The position numbers and the translations under genes are program-made. The notes beneath the pieces were generated by a model. The model did not search any database, was not told where the DNA came from, and saw nothing but the letters and a program-made list of their open reading frames with translations. Positions 27,321-28,181 of a stretch of 28,181 nt of DNA are shown here, piece by piece. Positions within the stretch are counted from its first letter, which is position 1. The number at the start of each line of letters is the position of its first letter. Source of the DNA: Myxococcota bacterium (GTDB lineage Bacteria; Myxococcota; UBA4151); NCBI GenBank assembly GCA_028823075.1, contig JAPKCE010000001.1, forward strand, positions 1-28,181, given 5' to 3'.

Positions 27321-28181
27321 ATGGATGCGCAGATCATCGTTATCGGCGGCGGTCATGCAGGCTGCGAGGCTGCGTTAGCCGCAGCGCGGTCCGGTGCCTC
27401 TACCTTGCTCATAACGCTGCGCCAGGATGGTATTGGCGAGCTTAGTTGTAACCCGGCGATGGGCGGTTTGGCCAAAGGCCACCTCATCCGTGAGCTCGAC
27501 GCTTTGGGCGGTGAGATCGGCAGAATGACCGATCGTTGCACCCTGTTTCGCCACACCTTGAACCGCAGTCGCGGGCCGGCCGTACGCGGCACCCGCGCCC
27601 AGGTTGACCGGCCTTTGTATCGGACTTTGATGCAAGGCGTGATCGCTGCACAACCCGGTTTGAGCGTGGTCGAAGGTCGAGTCTCCGGTTTTCTTTGTGA
27701 AAACGATCGCTGCGTCGGTGTTGAACTGGCCGACGGGAGCGTTTTGCGCAGCGACGCGGTGATTCTAACCACCGGCACATTTTTGGGTGCGATTTGTCAT
27801 CGCGGCGAGGAAGAGACAGCCGGCGGACGTCATGGCGAAACCCAGGTTGATGACGGGTCGATCTCGTCTCAACTGCGTCGCTTGGGGCTGCGGCTACAGC
27901 GTTTAAAGACCGGGACTTGCCCGCGTATTCATCGCGACAGCATCGACTACACCAAGCTTGATATTCAACACAGCGAGGATGATACGTCGCCGTTTTCCGA
28001 TGCGGGTGACAAAGGTCCTGCCGAGCAGGTCAATTGTTGGGGTGTGCGTACCAATGAGGCCGTGCACGATGTGGTGCGCCAAAATTTACAACGCTCGCCG
28101 ATGTACGCAGGAACTTTGATAGCGGAAGGGCCGCGTTATTGCCCAAGTTTCGAAGATAAAGTGGCGCGTTTTGGTGATAGG
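27321..28181 (+). CDS. mnmG: tRNA uridine-5-carboxymethylaminomethyl modification enzyme MnmG/GidA (3'-truncated by window edge)
   Basis: Hand translation from ATG 27321 (GGAG upstream) gives MDAQIIVIGGGHAGCEAA...SCNPAMGGLAKGHLIRELDALGG...LNRSRGPAVRGTRAQVDR...LKTGTCPR...GPRYCPSFEDK. The frame is open to the edge. Confidence 0.97.
   Translation, partial: MDAQIIVIGGGHAGCEAALAAARSGASTLLITLRQDGIGELSCNPAMGGLAKGHLIRELDALGGEIGRMTDRCTLFRHTLNRSRGPAVRGTRAQVDRPLYRTLMQGVIAAQPGLSVVEGRVSGFLCENDRCVGVELADGSVLRSDAVILTTGTFLGAICHRGEEETAGGRHGETQVDDGSISSQLRRLGLRLQRLKTGTCPRIHRDSIDYTKLDIQHSEDDTSPFSDAGDKGPAEQVNCWGVRTNEAVHDVVRQNLQRSPMYAGTLIAEGPRYCPSFEDKVARFGDR

Noticed and set aside
27353-27780. Three minus-strand ORFs at the right end
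   Set aside because: They are antisense to mnmG and have no motifs.

Overview
This is a gene-dense bacterial window with no rRNA, tRNA, CRISPR array or mobile element that I can see. The Cys-rich and DAG-repeat lipoproteins and the giant lipoprotein metzincin suggest a Myxococcota/deltaproteobacteria-like organism (inference). Positions 1-12922 are mostly housekeeping. The minus strand carries gpmI-comF-ribA-gyrB, with gyrB cut by the window edge and missing from the ORF track. The plus strand carries metK-uppP-Nudix-manC-PMM/PGM-ROK-(Zn-ribbon membrane protein)-pepP. Positions 12925-27306 are largely uncharacterised. They encode an NTT-like transporter-HEAT-cNMP fusion, a metzincin lipoprotein, a small secreted protein, and a degenerate UshA-like domain fused to a tetraheme c554-like domain. 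They also encode a three-lipoprotein operon and a 1474-aa lipoprotein metzincin followed by a probable outer-membrane beta-barrel. mnmG starts at 27321 and runs off the edge (also missing from the track). The best candidates for new biology are the protease-barrel pair within an 11-kb envelope cluster, the UshA-like/cytochrome fusion, and the NTT-HEAT-cNMP protein. Two non-coding signals stand out: a palindromic alternating purine-pyrimidine tract upstream of gyrB, and a probable CTG start for the ROK gene. All calls come from reading motifs by eye; no database searches were run.
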